DNA of 64,000 nt from Syntrophales bacterium (GTDB lineage: Bacteria; Desulfobacterota; Syntrophia; Syntrophales; UBA2210): the NCBI GenBank assembly GCA_963662405.2, contig CAXXKT010000001.1, positions 1,856,001 through 1,920,000 on the forward strand. Direction: 5' to 3'. Positions 49,749-61,160 of the stretch are shown one piece after another (the stretch's first letter is position 1; every line of letters begins with the position of its first letter). A model generated the notes under the pieces. That model was not told where the DNA came from. It saw only the letters and a list, made by a program, of their open reading frames with translations, and did no database searches. A program made the position numbers and the translations under genes.

Positions 49749-51074
49749 TCAATATAAATTTAAATGACCCGACCACGAGGGACTCTTGCATGCGCTCATG
49801 CCGGGTATGCAGGGTAATACTCTCAAATTTAGACCGTTAGCGTTTATCAGACACACCCGTTCTCCCCCGTTTTTCATCGAAGAGAAGGCTAGATATCGTC
49901 CATCTGGTGACCAGGAAGGTGATTCACCCCCCCCCGCCTCAAAGGTCAGTTGTATGAGATCTGTTCCGTCTTCTCCAATGGAAAATATCTGAAAATGACC
50001 GTTTGTCGATCCTGCGTACGCTATTCTGGTGCCATCAGGCGACCAGCAGGGGGACGAGTTATATGATCCATGAAAGGTTACCCTCCGTACCGCGCCGCCC
50101 TCGGTGTTCATAACGAATATCTGAGGGGAGCCGGAGCGGTTCGAGACAAAGGCAATCTTCTTTCCGTCGGTCGACCATGTTGGAGACACATCTATGGCGC
50201 GATCACGTGTGAGGCGTTGTAGCCTCCCGCTTTCGAGATGTTTTATATAGATATCTTCATTCCCGTCTTTACTGAGTGAAAGAAGGATTTTTGTGCCGTC
50301 TTGGGACCAGGATGCAGGGAGATTCAGCCCCCTGAAGGAAGAAATCTTTTGTATCTTTCCGCCCATGATATCTTTGATATAGCAGTCGGGATTTTGGTTT
50401 TTGTATGAAGTAAAGGCGATCCTTGACCCGTCCGGCGACCACCGCGGGCAGAGGGTGAGTGAGTGATAGTACGTCACTCTATCAGGGGAGGAACCGTCAA
50501 AGTTGATCGTATATATCTCCGAATTATGACCTTTTTTTCCGACGAAGGCTATTTTCGTATCAAAGACACCTCGCTTTCCGGTTAGCGCGAGGAGGATCTC
50601 GTCTGCAAACTTAAGGATCATGACCTCTTTTTCTTCCGGTTTTCCCCAGTATTTCTTCCCGGTAATGAATCTCCCCTCGATGGTATCAAACAGGCGAAGT
50701 TCCACGGCCAGAATCCCGTTATCGAAACTGATCCCCCCCTTTACCAGGAAATCAGAGCCGATACTCGACCAACTGGAAAAATCTATCTCTCCGATGGTTA
50801 TGCCGGCACGGTTCTGATCTTCGAGGAAGGCGTCTCGATTGATTATCCTGAAAAAACCGGTGATCTCAAGCTTGCGGGAGAGTTGATCCGCAAGCCATGA
50901 GGACAGATTCCCCGGCGGCTCGGTGGATCCCAGGTTTTTAAACTCCGGTATTGCCAGTGGGAATTGCTGAAATGTTGGGGAATTAATATCTATATACACC
51001 TTGCCGTAGGCCGCTGGATTACACCAGATCATTCCCAAGAAGATAAAAAGAAAACTTACTATCGTACGCATCAT
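49749..51074 (-). CDS. tolB: Tol-Pal beta-propeller protein TolB
   Basis: TolB_N region plus repeated P.WSPDG motifs. Confidence 0.93.
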   Translation of the reverse strand: MMRTIVSFLFIFLGMIWCNPAAYGKVYIDINSPTFQQFPLAIPEFKNLGSTEPPGNLSSWLADQLSRKLEITGFFRIINRDAFLEDQNRAGITIGEIDFSSWSSIGSDFLVKGGISFDNGILAVELRLFDTIEGRFITGKKYWGKPEEKEVMILKFADEILLALTGKRGVFDTKIAFVGKKGHNSEIYTINFDGSSPDRVTYYHSLTLCPRWSPDGSRIAFTSYKNQNPDCYIKDIMGGKIQKISSFRGLNLPASWSQDGTKILLSLSKDGNEDIYIKHLESGRLQRLTRDRAIDVSPTWSTDGKKIAFVSNRSGSPQIFVMNTEGGAVRRVTFHGSYNSSPCWSPDGTRIAYAGSTNGHFQIFSIGEDGTDLIQLTFEAGGGESPSWSPDGRYLAFSSMKNGGERVCLINANGLNLRVLPCIPGMSACKSPSWSGHLNLY

Positions 51075-51331
51075 CTCTCCTGCAAAATTCACCTGAATCG
51101 GCCAAGGTCCGATATCCCGCGCGTGTCGTCACCCCGTTCGCTATCCGGGGATAAAGAAGAACATGCAGAATCGCACCTGGCAGAGAAAAATAACTTGTTC
51201 CCACTCCGTCTTGCGGGTGTGACACTGTCTGGAACAATGCCCCGCGTGTCTTTCTCCCACGTACAATATCAGAACAGCGGCACGACGAAACGTCTGTGAG
51301 TGGGACCAGCGCTATTCGATTTTTGTTATTC

Positions 51332-52102
51332 CTAAAACTCTGATGAGCGAAACCGTATCCCCAGATCTATATATTTTTTGTTCAACCATTCAGGAAAAGG
51401 GGGAAATTTTCCCACTTTCTTGATCGCCTTCAGAGCGGATTCATCAAAATATCTGTTCCCGGATCGTCGTTCAAAGCTCAGATGTTCGACCGTTCCGTCT
51501 TGCAGGATTGTGGCCTCTATGATCGTCTCAAGGATAGTATTATTCAAGATGCCTTCGGGCAGGGCCCATTGCTCCTTTATCGCGGACCAGACAACCGAAT
51601 AATAGACCTTCATTTGCAGATTCAGCTCCGGGTGATCGGCGGATGTGACCGGCTGGGGATCCTTTGCGGTGGCGGCACCGGAACCCGAGGCAGGAGGAAC
51701 AATCGGTTCTGTGACGGGAGTGGCGGCAACCTTTTTCTTGATGCTCTCTATCGCTGCGCCGACGGCCGCGGTCTCTTTTCTCAGGGGTTGTGACTTTCTG
51801 ACGGGGATGTGCAGATCTGTGCCGACCTCTTTTTTCATAACCATTGAATCGCGCTTGCGTTGCATACCGACCACTTCCCTTGAGATCTCTTTCGAGGATC
51901 TTACCTCGACGGAACGCGAGGGAAGGCTCACCAGATCCACCGTATAGGTCGGACCGAAGGTCCACCGAGGCTCCGGGAGAGACGGGGAAAAGAATATGAT
52001 CGAAAGGATGAGGGCATGAAGAAGAAACGACAACACGACCATGTTGTGAAGGCCAACACCATCTTCATGGTTTTTCTCCAGCGTCTCCGCTAAAAAAGTC
52101 AT
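51332..52102 (-). CDS. tolA: TolA/TonB-family energy transducer
   Basis: TM segment with SFLLH; C-terminal SGNRYFDESALKAI; operon position. Confidence 0.8.
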   Translation of the reverse strand: MTFLAETLEKNHEDGVGLHNMVVLSFLLHALILSIIFFSPSLPEPRWTFGPTYTVDLVSLPSRSVEVRSSKEISREVVGMQRKRDSMVMKKEVGTDLHIPVRKSQPLRKETAAVGAAIESIKKKVAATPVTEPIVPPASGSGAATAKDPQPVTSADHPELNLQMKVYYSVVWSAIKEQWALPEGILNNTILETIIEATILQDGTVEHLSFERRSGNRYFDESALKAIKKVGKFPPFPEWLNKKYIDLGIRFRSSEF

Positions 52103-52104
52103 GC

Positions 52105-52524
52105 CTATTCCTTCGGAGATTCTGTAATCATCCCCAGTTTATCTACACCGGCCTTGCGAACCTCCGACATGACGCGAACCACGAATCCGTACGGGATTTT
52201 CTTATCGGCACGCATATATATCTCTCTGTCGATTCGCGACGCGAAGATCCCTTCCAGCTTGGTCTTCAGATCCGCCATAGACGTGCGGTATTTGTTGATG
52301 AAGATCTCTTCCTGGCTGTTAATCGTCAGTATGAGCTTTTCCTCACCCACATCCACCGCTTTGGCTTTGACGCGGGGGAGATTGACATCGATACCCATCT
52401 GCAACAAAGGAGCGGTAACCATAAAGACTATCAGGAGGACCAGTATCACGTCGACAAGGGGCGTAACGTTGATGTCCGATATGGGCCGTGTTGTGGCGTT
52501 TCTTCGATTCCGTGAATATCTCAT
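52105..52524 (-). CDS. tolR: TolR
   Basis: INVTPLVDVILVLLIVFMVTAP. Confidence 0.93.
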   Translation of the reverse strand: MRYSRNRRNATTRPISDINVTPLVDVILVLLIVFMVTAPLLQMGIDVNLPRVKAKAVDVGEEKLILTINSQEEIFINKYRTSMADLKTKLEGIFASRIDREIYMRADKKIPYGFVVRVMSEVRKAGVDKLGMITESPKE

Positions 52525-53276
52525 CTGCGGATACTTTTTGTGTAATATCTCTCTACGATGTTGAGAAATTCGGAAGAAAAACTATCTGACTCCACCGTCA
52601 TAATACGTATCTTGTTGGTGAAATAGTTATAAAAAATAACGGCAGGTATCGCAGCTGCAAGCCCTGCGGCTGTGGCGATTAACGCCTCCGATATCCCCGG
52701 GGCGACGACCGCCAGTGTAGCAGAGCCCTTGACCCCGATTCCTTTGAAAGCATTCATAATGCCCCACACAGTCCCGAATAGACCGATGAAGGGGCATGCA
52801 CTTCCCGTCGTCGCAAGGAACCCCAATGAGCTTTCCAACTTTGTCGTCTCTGCATCGCATGCCCTGTTCAGCGCCCGTTCGATGTTGTCCAGGCCTTTCA
52901 TCTCGAGTGACCACGAGGATTCAGGGTCCGCGTCCGGAACGGTCTCCTTCTTGATCCCGACGATCTTGACGAGTTCCGTATAGCCTGCCCTGAAAACCGC
53001 CGCGATCTGAGAATATTTAAATTTTTTCGATTCGGGGAAAACATCGGACAACTTGTTGATTTTCATATATCGATCAAGAAACATTTCATTTTGTTTTTTG
53101 GACCTTTTAATCAGCCGGTACTTGGTTAGGATGATAGCCCACGAAACAACGGAAAAAAAGAGGAGCAACGAGAGCACAAATTGAACCATTAAACCTGAGT
53201 CCAGAATCATCTCGAGGACGTTCCCATGGAAGTGTCTTCCAATATCTGCTGATGTTACTGCCAAGGCTTCATTCAC
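52521..53276 (-). CDS. tolQ: TolQ
   Basis: PFIGLFGTVWGIM..APGISEALIATA; GTG start inferred from SD AGGAG. Confidence 0.93.
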   Translation of the reverse strand: MNEALAVTSADIGRHFHGNVLEMILDSGLMVQFVLSLLLFFSVVSWAIILTKYRLIKRSKKQNEMFLDRYMKINKLSDVFPESKKFKYSQIAAVFRAGYTELVKIVGIKKETVPDADPESSWSLEMKGLDNIERALNRACDAETTKLESSLGFLATTGSACPFIGLFGTVWGIMNAFKGIGVKGSATLAVVAPGISEALIATAAGLAAAIPAVIFYNYFTNKIRIMTVESDSFSSEFLNIVERYYTKSIRR

Positions 53277-53613
53277 GTGTATCTTCTCCTGGATATGATG
53301 CATTTTTCTGGAGAATCCGATGTCCAGGCTCTCCACCAACTGATGTAGGGGACTTTTGTAGTTGAAATTCAACCTATTGTCAATACATCTTTTTTAACCG
53401 TCACATGGCGACGGTTTTCCCCGAATATGATAGAAATGCGAGTGTCTTATCCTCGGTTTTTATTGTGTACCCCGGTGAAAAACAGATCTATTGTGACGAT
53501 CACGTATGACCTTTGTCAAACGATTCTTTTTGATCTTCCGAAAAAGAGGCTTCTATGGTAGGAGATACATCCGTTGCCTTTGCATGCCGATAATTCTACC
53601 GGGGGAGTGTCTC

Positions 53614-55797
53614 TTGAAAACAAGGTGGATACTGTTTTTTATCTCGCTATCTTTGTTTCTGCATGGCGGTGTTTCCTTTGCCTCTGTCCCGGATAGACCC
53701 AACCGGGTGGATATCGAGGCGGAGCGTCTGTTGTATGACAGCAATGCTCAAACATACCAGGCGAGCGGCAACGTCGTCATTTCCTTCAAAGGCGGGTTTC
53801 TCAAAGCCGATCGGGTGAAATGGGACCGGCTCAACGATGAAGCAACCGCCGAAGGGCATGTACTCATTAAAAGCGGAGAGGATCTTCTTGAAGGGGAGAA
53901 GGCTCGATTCCATATCGGAAGTGAAACGGGGAGTATTTCGAAGGGGCGGATTTTTTTGGACAGGAATCATCTCTACCTGAAAGGAGATACCATAGAGAAA
54001 AGGGGAGAAGCGACCTATTTTCTGAAGGGAGGAGAGGCAACGACCTGTGACGGTGAGAATCCCGACTGGAAACTCACCGGAGAAGAGGTGGCGGTTACCC
54101 TTGACGGCTATGGGACCCTTAAGCAGGGGACATTCCAGGTCAAAGGCTTCCCCGTGCTCTATCTGCCCTACCTGCTATTCCCCGCCAAGACGACCCGACA
54201 GACGGGGCTGCTTTTCCCCCAGATTTCCTATTCGGAACAAAAACTGGGATGGGACATCGGGATCCCCTTTTACTGGGCTATCTCGGAAAACGCCGATGCG
54301 ACCTTTTACCAACGCTACATGGACAAACGGGGATTCCAGGAGGGGGTCGAGTTTCGCTACCTCATTGGTGAAAATACGCACGGCACCCTGTATGGTGATT
54401 ATCTCAATGACACGATGGAGGTGTCCGAGGCCGAAGGTGATCCCCTCCTACGCAGAAACTGGGAAGATAACAACAAGCGGTGGTCTTATTATCTGGATCA
54501 CGAGACGACATTCAGCCCCGGGTTTTACCTGAAGACCGATATCAGGCGGGTGTCGGACCGGTGGTACTTCAGGGATTTCGATTCGTACAACTATTATATG
54601 GCGCATTACAGCGGGAATGACACCCGCCCCTTCAGCGGGGTCTCATTCGATGCCGATAAGTCCCTGACGTCTCTGACCTCGTCAGCACGCCTCGTCAAAG
54701 AGTGGGACCTGTTTAACGCGAGCGCCCTTGTGGAATATACGGATAATTTCCGGAGCTACTCCAATGATGAAACGCTCCAGAAGTATCCGGAGATCACCTT
54801 TACCGGACTCAGGCAGCCCCTCTTCAAATCCCCCTTCGATTTTGAATTGACGTCATCATATGGTCATTATTACCGAACCACGGGATACCGGGGGGACGTG
54901 CTCGACATCTATCCAATTTTTTCGTGGCCGCTGAATTTTTCCGACTGCCTTGAATTGACTCCATCGTTGGGGGTGCGGCAAACGACCTGGGATAGTTCGA
55001 ATACCGATCCCACGACAGGAAGCAAAGACAAAGACGGCAGCCGCGGACTGTATACCGTGGGAGCGACCCTTTCCACCGAGGCATATCGGATATTTGATGT
55101 GGGGGGGGAGGTTGTGGAGAAGATACAGCACGGTATCAGACCGGAGATTGAGTATTCCTACATCCCATATGTTTATCAGGATGACAGACCGGACTTCCTC
55201 GACGAGGTGGCGGAGGCGAACCGGGTGACCTACTCGATTATCAACACGCTGATCGCCCGGCTGAAGAATGAAGAGGGTGGCGTTTTCTACCGGGAATTTT
55301 TTCTGCTGAAGGTAAGCCAGGATTATGACATCAAGGAGGCACGAAGAGATGTCGTCAGATCCTCTGAGCCCCGGAGACCGTTCGGCAGCATCAACTCCGA
55401 ATTGACATTTACCCCTTTCCGCTATCTCTCGCTTGATGCCGATGCACGGTTCAACGTCAATGGAGGCGAATGGGAACAGATCAATTCCACGGTGTATGTT
55501 AGTAACCCGCGCGGTGATTCGATGACCGCCGAGTATCGCTATACGCAGGATTCCGTGGAGGAGATCAACCTCTCTCTCCGGGCGAAGGCGACGGAGGTCT
55601 TGGATCTTAGATACGTCTTGAGAAAAAACAAGCTCGACGATAAAACCCTTGAAACGACCTATGCGATGGATTATCATCGACAATGCTGGAGCGTGGAGGT
55701 AAGCTATACTGATTCCCCCGATGACCGAAGTGTGATGCTGGTCTTTTACCTCTACGGCCTCGGGAAGGTGGGCAGAGTTTCGGGTGAGATGCCTTGA
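53614..55797 (+). CDS. lptD: LPS assembly protein LptD
   Basis: OstA-like N-terminus, TTC..PDW, RQTGLLFP, QCW near the C-terminus; TTG start inferred. Confidence 0.88.
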   Translation: MKTRWILFFISLSLFLHGGVSFASVPDRPNRVDIEAERLLYDSNAQTYQASGNVVISFKGGFLKADRVKWDRLNDEATAEGHVLIKSGEDLLEGEKARFHIGSETGSISKGRIFLDRNHLYLKGDTIEKRGEATYFLKGGEATTCDGENPDWKLTGEEVAVTLDGYGTLKQGTFQVKGFPVLYLPYLLFPAKTTRQTGLLFPQISYSEQKLGWDIGIPFYWAISENADATFYQRYMDKRGFQEGVEFRYLIGENTHGTLYGDYLNDTMEVSEAEGDPLLRRNWEDNNKRWSYYLDHETTFSPGFYLKTDIRRVSDRWYFRDFDSYNYYMAHYSGNDTRPFSGVSFDADKSLTSLTSSARLVKEWDLFNASALVEYTDNFRSYSNDETLQKYPEITFTGLRQPLFKSPFDFELTSSYGHYYRTTGYRGDVLDIYPIFSWPLNFSDCLELTPSLGVRQTTWDSSNTDPTTGSKDKDGSRGLYTVGATLSTEAYRIFDVGGEVVEKIQHGIRPEIEYSYIPYVYQDDRPDFLDEVAEANRVTYSIINTLIARLKNEEGGVFYREFFLLKVSQDYDIKEARRDVVRSSEPRRPFGSINSELTFTPFRYLSLDADARFNVNGGEWEQINSTVYVSNPRGDSMTAEYRYTQDSVEEINLSLRAKATEVLDLRYVLRKNKLDDKTLETTYAMDYHRQCWSVEVSYTDSPDDRSVMLVFYLYGLGKVGRVSGEMP

Positions 55798-55828
55798 TGA
55801 ATGCCGGGAAACTTTTTTTGATTTTTCC

Positions 55829-55857
55829 TTGACAAATCTTTCGGAATTACATATTCT
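55829..55857 (+). promoter_or_regulatory. Sigma70 promoter of rplM-rpsI
   Basis: TTGACA-17-TATTCT. Confidence 0.7.
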
Positions 55858-55893
55858 CGCGCTCTTTGAGTTTCTGAATACAGGTGGTTGTTT

Positions 55894-56322
55894 ATGAAGA
55901 CATATAGTGCCAAGAAGGAAGATGTCGCGAGGGGGTGGTATCTGGTCGACGCGGACGGTAAGGTGTTAGGACGGCTCGCCGTTGAGATCGCGCGGCGTCT
56001 CAGAGGAAAGCACAAACCCGTTTATACACCCCATGTAGATACGGGGGATTTCATCGTTGTGGTCAATGCGGAGAAAATTTCCCTGACGGGCAAGAAACTG
56101 ACCGATAAGGTTTACCACCATCATACCGGTTATCCCGGCGGATTAAAGTCGGCGACAGCAGCTAAGGTGCTGGCAGAAAAGCCGGAGGAGCTGCTCCGCA
56201 CCGCCGTCAAGGGGATGCTTCCCAAAAACAGTCTAGGGAGACAGATGCTGAAAAAACTGAAGATATACAAGGGTGACAAGCACCCGCATAAGGCCCAGAT
56301 GGCCAGTATACCGGAAGTGTAG
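55894..56322 (+). CDS. rplM: 50S ribosomal protein L13
   Basis: [19 protein letters not shown]. Confidence 0.98.
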   Translation: MKTYSAKKEDVARGWYLVDADGKVLGRLAVEIARRLRGKHKPVYTPHVDTGDFIVVVNAEKISLTGKKLTDKVYHHHTGYPGGLKSATAAKVLAEKPEELLRTAVKGMLPKNSLGRQMLKKLKIYKGDKHPHKAQMASIPEV

Positions 56323-56339
56323 GCGAGGAGAGGGACAAT

Positions 56340-56732
56340 ATGTCAGTGAAGAATTATTATGCGACGGGGAAGAGAAAGACATCCATTGCGCGGGTGTGGC
56401 TGAAAGAGGGAAGTGGTGTGTTTGTCGTCAACAAGAGAAGCTTTGACGAGTATTTCCCCCTTGATATACTAAAGAGAATGATCACGCAGCCTCTCGACCT
56501 GACCGATAAGAAAGATAAGTTTGACCTCTACATTAACGTGCGTGGAGGAGGAATCGCCGGTCAGGCCGGTGCCATCAGGCACGGAATATCCAAGGCCCTT
56601 GTGGGGTATGATGAGGAGCTGAAAGCCGTCCTGAGAAAGGCCGGGTTCCTGACGAGAGATGCCCGGGTGAAAGAGCGTAAGAAATACGGTCAGCCCGGTG
56701 CCCGGAAGAGATTCCAGTATTCTAAGAGATAA
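56340..56732 (+). CDS. rpsI: 30S ribosomal protein S9
   Basis: [22 protein letters not shown]. Confidence 0.98.
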   Translation: MSVKNYYATGKRKTSIARVWLKEGSGVFVVNKRSFDEYFPLDILKRMITQPLDLTDKKDKFDLYINVRGGGIAGQAGAIRHGISKALVGYDEELKAVLRKAGFLTRDARVKERKKYGQPGARKRFQYSKR

Positions 56733-56748
56733 AAGCAGCAAGACACGG

Positions 56749-56774
56749 AGGGGGCCGATGCGGCCCCCTTTTTT
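56749..56774 (+). terminator. Intrinsic terminator after rpsI
   Basis: AGGGGGCCG-ATG-CGGCCCCCT plus T run. Confidence 0.8.
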
Positions 56775-56790
56775 ATTGGGAGGCGGAATT

Positions 56791-57828
56791 ATGGTGAAGG
56801 TTGGGATCTATGGGGGGAGCGGTTACACCGGCCAGGAGCTTCTCCGGCTCTTGATCGGTCATCCCGACGCGGATATTGTCGCTATCACATCGAGAAAATT
56901 CAAAGGTATTCCGGTTTCAGAAGTCTACCCGGCATTTGCCGGGATGACGGACCTGCGCTTCATGGATTCGTCCCCCGATCAGCTCGGCTCCTCCTGTGAC
57001 GTGGTTTTCCTGGCGCTTCCGCATGGGAAGGCAATGGCGGTGGCTCCCACCTTTGTCCGGGCGGGGATGAAGGTGATTGATCTCAGCGCCGATTTCCGTC
57101 TGAAAGATCGTTCGGTATACGAAACATGGTACGGAAAACACACCGCCTCGGACCTGCTGGGAGGGGCCGTTTACGGTCTCCCCGAACTGTACCGGGATGG
57201 AGTCAAGGGTGCAACCCTTGTCGCCAACCCCGGCTGCTATCCCACCAGCATTATCTTGGGGATTGCCCCCCTGCTGAAGAGGGGGTGCATCGATCCCGCA
57301 ACGGTCATCGCCGATTCGAAGTCGGGCGTGAGCGGTGCCGGACGTGAGTTACAGCTCGGCTCACTCTTCTGTGAGGTGAATGAGGGTTTTAAGGCGTACA
57401 AGGTCGGGTCGCATCGCCACACCCCGGAGATAGAGCAGGAGTTGTCTCTGCTTGCGAACCGGGACTTGACGGTTTCCTTTACCCCTCACCTGCTGCCCGT
57501 TACCCGGGGGATACTGAGCACGATCTATGCGACCCTTAGCGCGCAAGTGTCCGTGGACGAAATCCTTGAGTTCTACCAAACATTCTATGCGGGTGAGCGG
57601 TTTGTGCGGATATGCCCGGCGGGGACCCTCCCGAATACCTCCTCGGTCAGAGGTTCCAACTTCTGCGATATCGGGTGCGTTGTCGACGGGCGTACCGGGC
57701 GCGTGATCATCGCATCGGCCATCGATAACCTCGTTAAGGGGGCATCGGGACAGGCCATCCAGAACATGAATATTATGTGCGGCCTTTCGGAAGGTGCCGG
57801 TCTGGAACAGATAACCGTATTTCCCTGA
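56791..57828 (+). CDS. argC: N-acetyl-gamma-glutamyl-phosphate reductase
   Basis: [15 protein letters not shown] and [11 protein letters not shown] motifs. Confidence 0.97.
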   Translation: MVKVGIYGGSGYTGQELLRLLIGHPDADIVAITSRKFKGIPVSEVYPAFAGMTDLRFMDSSPDQLGSSCDVVFLALPHGKAMAVAPTFVRAGMKVIDLSADFRLKDRSVYETWYGKHTASDLLGGAVYGLPELYRDGVKGATLVANPGCYPTSIILGIAPLLKRGCIDPATVIADSKSGVSGAGRELQLGSLFCEVNEGFKAYKVGSHRHTPEIEQELSLLANRDLTVSFTPHLLPVTRGILSTIYATLSAQVSVDEILEFYQTFYAGERFVRICPAGTLPNTSSVRGSNFCDIGCVVDGRTGRVIIASAIDNLVKGASGQAIQNMNIMCGLSEGAGLEQITVFP

Positions 57829-57896
57829 GAGGGAACAGCTGCGATTGAGGCGGGATGTCCGTAGGAGAGCGCCTCGATGATGAGGACACGGTAGTT

Positions 57897-59378
57897 ATGA
57901 GCTTGAAACTGTACAATACCCTGAAAAAGAAGAGAGAAGAATTCGTCCCTCTTGAGGAAGGGAAGGTGGGGATCTACGTTTGTGGCATTACCGCGTATGA
58001 TGTATGTCATATCGGTCACGCCCGATCGGCGGTGGTCTTCGATGTTATCTACCGGTACCTGAAATACAAGGGTTACGATGTTACCTACATCAAGAACTTC
58101 ACGGACGTCGACGATAAGATTATCGGAAAGGCAATCGCGGAAGGAACCGATATAGCCACGATATCGGAACGGTATATCAAAGAGCACAACGAGGATATGG
58201 ATCGTCTCGGAGTGGCCCGACCGACGGTGACCCCCAGGGCAACCGAAAACATCAAGGGGATGATCCGACTCATTGATACCCTGATGGAGCGGGGACTGGC
58301 ATACGTTGTCAACGGCGATGTTTACTATTCAGTTGAAAAATTCGCCGGTTACGGTAAACTGTCGGGGCGTGGGCTCGATGACATGATGGCCGGTGCCCGA
58401 ATCGACATCGATGAGAAAAAGAAGAATCCTTACGATTTCGTCCTCTGGAAGGCAAGCAAGGAGGGGGAGCCGTGGTGGAGCAGTCCCTGGGGAAACGGCA
58501 GGCCGGGGTGGCATATCGAGTGCTCCGTCATGAGCCAGCGCTTTCTGGGGGATACTTTCGATATCCACGGCGGGGGGGAGGACCTGATCTTCCCGCATCA
58601 TGAGAACGAGATTGCCCAGTCGGAGGGGGCTACGGGGAAGCCCTTCGCCAACTACTGGATGCACAACGGGTTCATCAAAATCGACAGCGAGAAGATGTCC
58701 AAATCCCTCGGGAACACCTTGACCATCAAACAGACCCTCGTCGCCTATCACCCCGAGGTGGTTCGCTTCTTTATCCTCCAGCGACACTACAAGAGTTACA
58801 TCGATTTCTCCGACGCAGCCATGGCGGAGGCTCGGATGGGTATGGAACGAGTCTACGCGGCATTGAAAGGGATCAAAGATGCCCGCGGCGAGGAGGCTGA
58901 CCTCTCCGATCTCTCCGAGAAGGATCTTGACAAGGAAGATGAAATCGTATTCGAAAAGGTGCGGACACTCCCCGATCGGTTCACCGAGGCAATGGACGAC
59001 GACTTCAATACCCCGATGGCATTGGGATACATATTCGACATCGTCCGTGTCATCAATAGCTATCTTCCCGCGAAGGAGTCACCGTTCACCCGGGGGATGC
59101 TTTTTACCCTCAGCGAGGCGCGGGAGCGAATCAGGGAGGCGGGGAAGGTCTTGGGTCTCTTTTTGGAAGATCCCGATGACTACTTCGCGAAGGATCAGGA
59201 GCGGGAGGTCAGAAAGGCCGGTTTGGACGAGGAAGAAATCGAGCGGTTGATCACCGAGAGGCGGCAAGCTCGTGACGCCAAAGACTGGGGGCGCGCCGAT
59301 GAAATCCGGGATCTCCTGGTCGGTAAGGGGATCATCCTCAAAGACACCCCCACCGCCACCACGTGGAAGATAGGATAG
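57897..59378 (+). CDS. cysS: Cysteine--tRNA ligase
   Basis: HIGH, KMSKS and GRPGWHIEC motifs. Confidence 0.98.
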   Translation: MSLKLYNTLKKKREEFVPLEEGKVGIYVCGITAYDVCHIGHARSAVVFDVIYRYLKYKGYDVTYIKNFTDVDDKIIGKAIAEGTDIATISERYIKEHNEDMDRLGVARPTVTPRATENIKGMIRLIDTLMERGLAYVVNGDVYYSVEKFAGYGKLSGRGLDDMMAGARIDIDEKKKNPYDFVLWKASKEGEPWWSSPWGNGRPGWHIECSVMSQRFLGDTFDIHGGGEDLIFPHHENEIAQSEGATGKPFANYWMHNGFIKIDSEKMSKSLGNTLTIKQTLVAYHPEVVRFFILQRHYKSYIDFSDAAMAEARMGMERVYAALKGIKDARGEEADLSDLSEKDLDKEDEIVFEKVRTLPDRFTEAMDDDFNTPMALGYIFDIVRVINSYLPAKESPFTRGMLFTLSEARERIREAGKVLGLFLEDPDDYFAKDQEREVRKAGLDEEEIERLITERRQARDAKDWGRADEIRDLLVGKGIILKDTPTATTWKIG

Positions 59379-59414
59379 ACAGGAAAGAACGGAAAACGGG
59401 GACGGCGGGCGAAG

Positions 59415-59888
59415 CTACTCTATGGCGATGTCCACGACCTCAAATTCTCTGACGCCCCCGGGCGTATTGACCTTGACTTCGTCCCCGAGTTTCTTTCTGA
59501 TGAGGGCTTTCCCGATGGGGCACGTAACCGATATCTGATTTCGGCTCATATCCGATTCGAAGGGGCCGACCAGTTGATACCGGGTTACCTCTCCCGTGTT
59601 GATATCCTCGATGGTAACCGTTGACCCGAAGACGGCCATCTCATTGGTCAGGTTGTTCAATTCGACGATTGTCGACTGCGCCAGGTTATTTTCAATTTCT
59701 TGAATCTTCCCCTGAATAAAGGATTGTTTCTCCTTGGCTGCGGCGTATTCGGCGTTTTCCGAGATGTCACCATGAGCTCTGGCTTCTTCGATATCGCGTA
59801 TGTTTGCAGGGACTTCGGCTCGTTTGAGGTGATCCAACTCTTCCTTCAACCTGTCAAATCCGGCGCGTGTGATGGGAAATTTATTCAT
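59415..59888 (-). CDS. greA: Transcription elongation factor GreA
   Basis: ARAHGDISENAEY..PIGKAL. Confidence 0.95.
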   Translation of the reverse strand: MNKFPITRAGFDRLKEELDHLKRAEVPANIRDIEEARAHGDISENAEYAAAKEKQSFIQGKIQEIENNLAQSTIVELNNLTNEMAVFGSTVTIEDINTGEVTRYQLVGPFESDMSRNQISVTCPIGKALIRKKLGDEVKVNTPGGVREFEVVDIAIE

Positions 59889-60104
59889 GTCTCTCTTTTC
59901 CGGGCTTTCGACCGCCAGGCCCTCTCGTAAAAATAACAATGCACAGAGTCGGCATTGCTCGACCCCATGCATCGCCTATTCCTATATATCATATCTTCGG
60001 CTTTTTCAACTGATAATATGACCCGTGTTCAGCGTTTTTGTCGATTGCTATTTCGGCTTCTCCGTATTACACTTTTGTCTATAAAACTCAGGGTGGTGAG
60101 AGCC

Positions 60105-60842
60105 ATGGGGGAGAACAAGAAGGTTCGGTATCCCATTCCTATCCGCGAGTGGTTGGAAGATGACCGTCCCCGCGAGAAACTGCTCAGGCACGGTGAACAT
60201 ACCCTCAGCAATGCGGAACTCCTCGCTATCCTGATCAGGACCGGAACACCCGGAAAGAGCGCCGTCGATATCGGGCGGGTGCTCCTTTACCGTTTCAAGA
60301 CCCTGCGTGCCATGGCCGGTGCCGATATCTCGGAATTTAAAAAGATTCCGGGTCTCAAAGACGCAAAGATCGCACAGATCAAGGCAGCCGTTGAGTTGGG
60401 TAAACGGATGCTCAGTGAAAAAAAGGAGCCCTCGGCCCCGATCCGACATTCCTCCAACGTGGCCGATCTGCTGATGCCCCTGATGCGGGACCTTTCGAAA
60501 GAACGTTTCATTCTGCTCCTCCTCGACGGGAGGAATGCCGTGACGGACATCATCGATATTGACTACGGAACCGTCGACAGGGCCAATCCGTATATCCGCG
60601 ACATTATCCAGGCGGCTATTCGAAATAACGCGCCGTCGGTCATCGTCGCCCATAACCATCCTTCGGGAGCCACGGCCCCCAGCGAAAACGACAAGGCCTT
60701 CACCCGGAGCCTGATGGTCGCAGCGAAGGCCACGGGGATCAACTTTTTCGACCACATCATCATCGGCAATGACGGCTACTTCAGTTTTGCTGATAAGGGG
60801 TTCATCGGGGAATACGAAACGCGCGCGATCAGAGAACTCTAG
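60105..60842 (+). CDS. radC: RadC family JAB-domain protein
   Basis: RPREKL, ELLAIL, HNHPSG..S..D and DHIII motifs. Confidence 0.93.
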   Translation: MGENKKVRYPIPIREWLEDDRPREKLLRHGEHTLSNAELLAILIRTGTPGKSAVDIGRVLLYRFKTLRAMAGADISEFKKIPGLKDAKIAQIKAAVELGKRMLSEKKEPSAPIRHSSNVADLLMPLMRDLSKERFILLLLDGRNAVTDIIDIDYGTVDRANPYIRDIIQAAIRNNAPSVIVAHNHPSGATAPSENDKAFTRSLMVAAKATGINFFDHIIIGNDGYFSFADKGFIGEYETRAIREL

Positions 60843-60952
60843 CTCCCCGAAAAGTAACCGGTAATAGTACTTGACAGGATATTGTAGGAAAGGTAGGAGA
60901 GATAGCCTTACGCTACAATATATCAGGACAGGTATATAAAGTCGACTCTAAT

Positions 60953-61020
60953 CAAAAGGAGAGTGATGATCTGAACGTCGAAAGCCCCGTTTCTCACCAT
61001 GAGCGCCGGGGGTTTTTTTT
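60953..61020 (+). promoter_or_regulatory. Putative leader motif, copy 2 (SD, ATG-ATC-TGA, hairpin, T8)
   Basis: AAAGGAGAGTGATGATCTGAACGTCGAAAGCCCCGTTTCTC..GGGGGTTTTTTTT, upstream of the GGDEF gene. Confidence 0.55.
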
Positions 61021-61160
61021 GCCTGTGGATCTCTCCGAGAGGGGGGCATGTGTACTCATGAACGTCCGGGCAGCCCGAGCGGTTCATGAGCCGCAACGAT
61101 GGCGAGGTATGGTAACCCCTCTGTATTCTTAAAGAAAGAACAACCCTGCACGAATTTTGA

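Noticed and set aside
49220..49840. 206-aa Ala/Phe-rich plus-strand ORF
   Set aside because: Antisense of the repeat lipoprotein, which has the SD and lipobox.
60105..60842. radC as a marker of a mobile element
   Set aside because: Full-length chromosomal-type RadC with N-terminal HhH region; no integrase or att site nearby.
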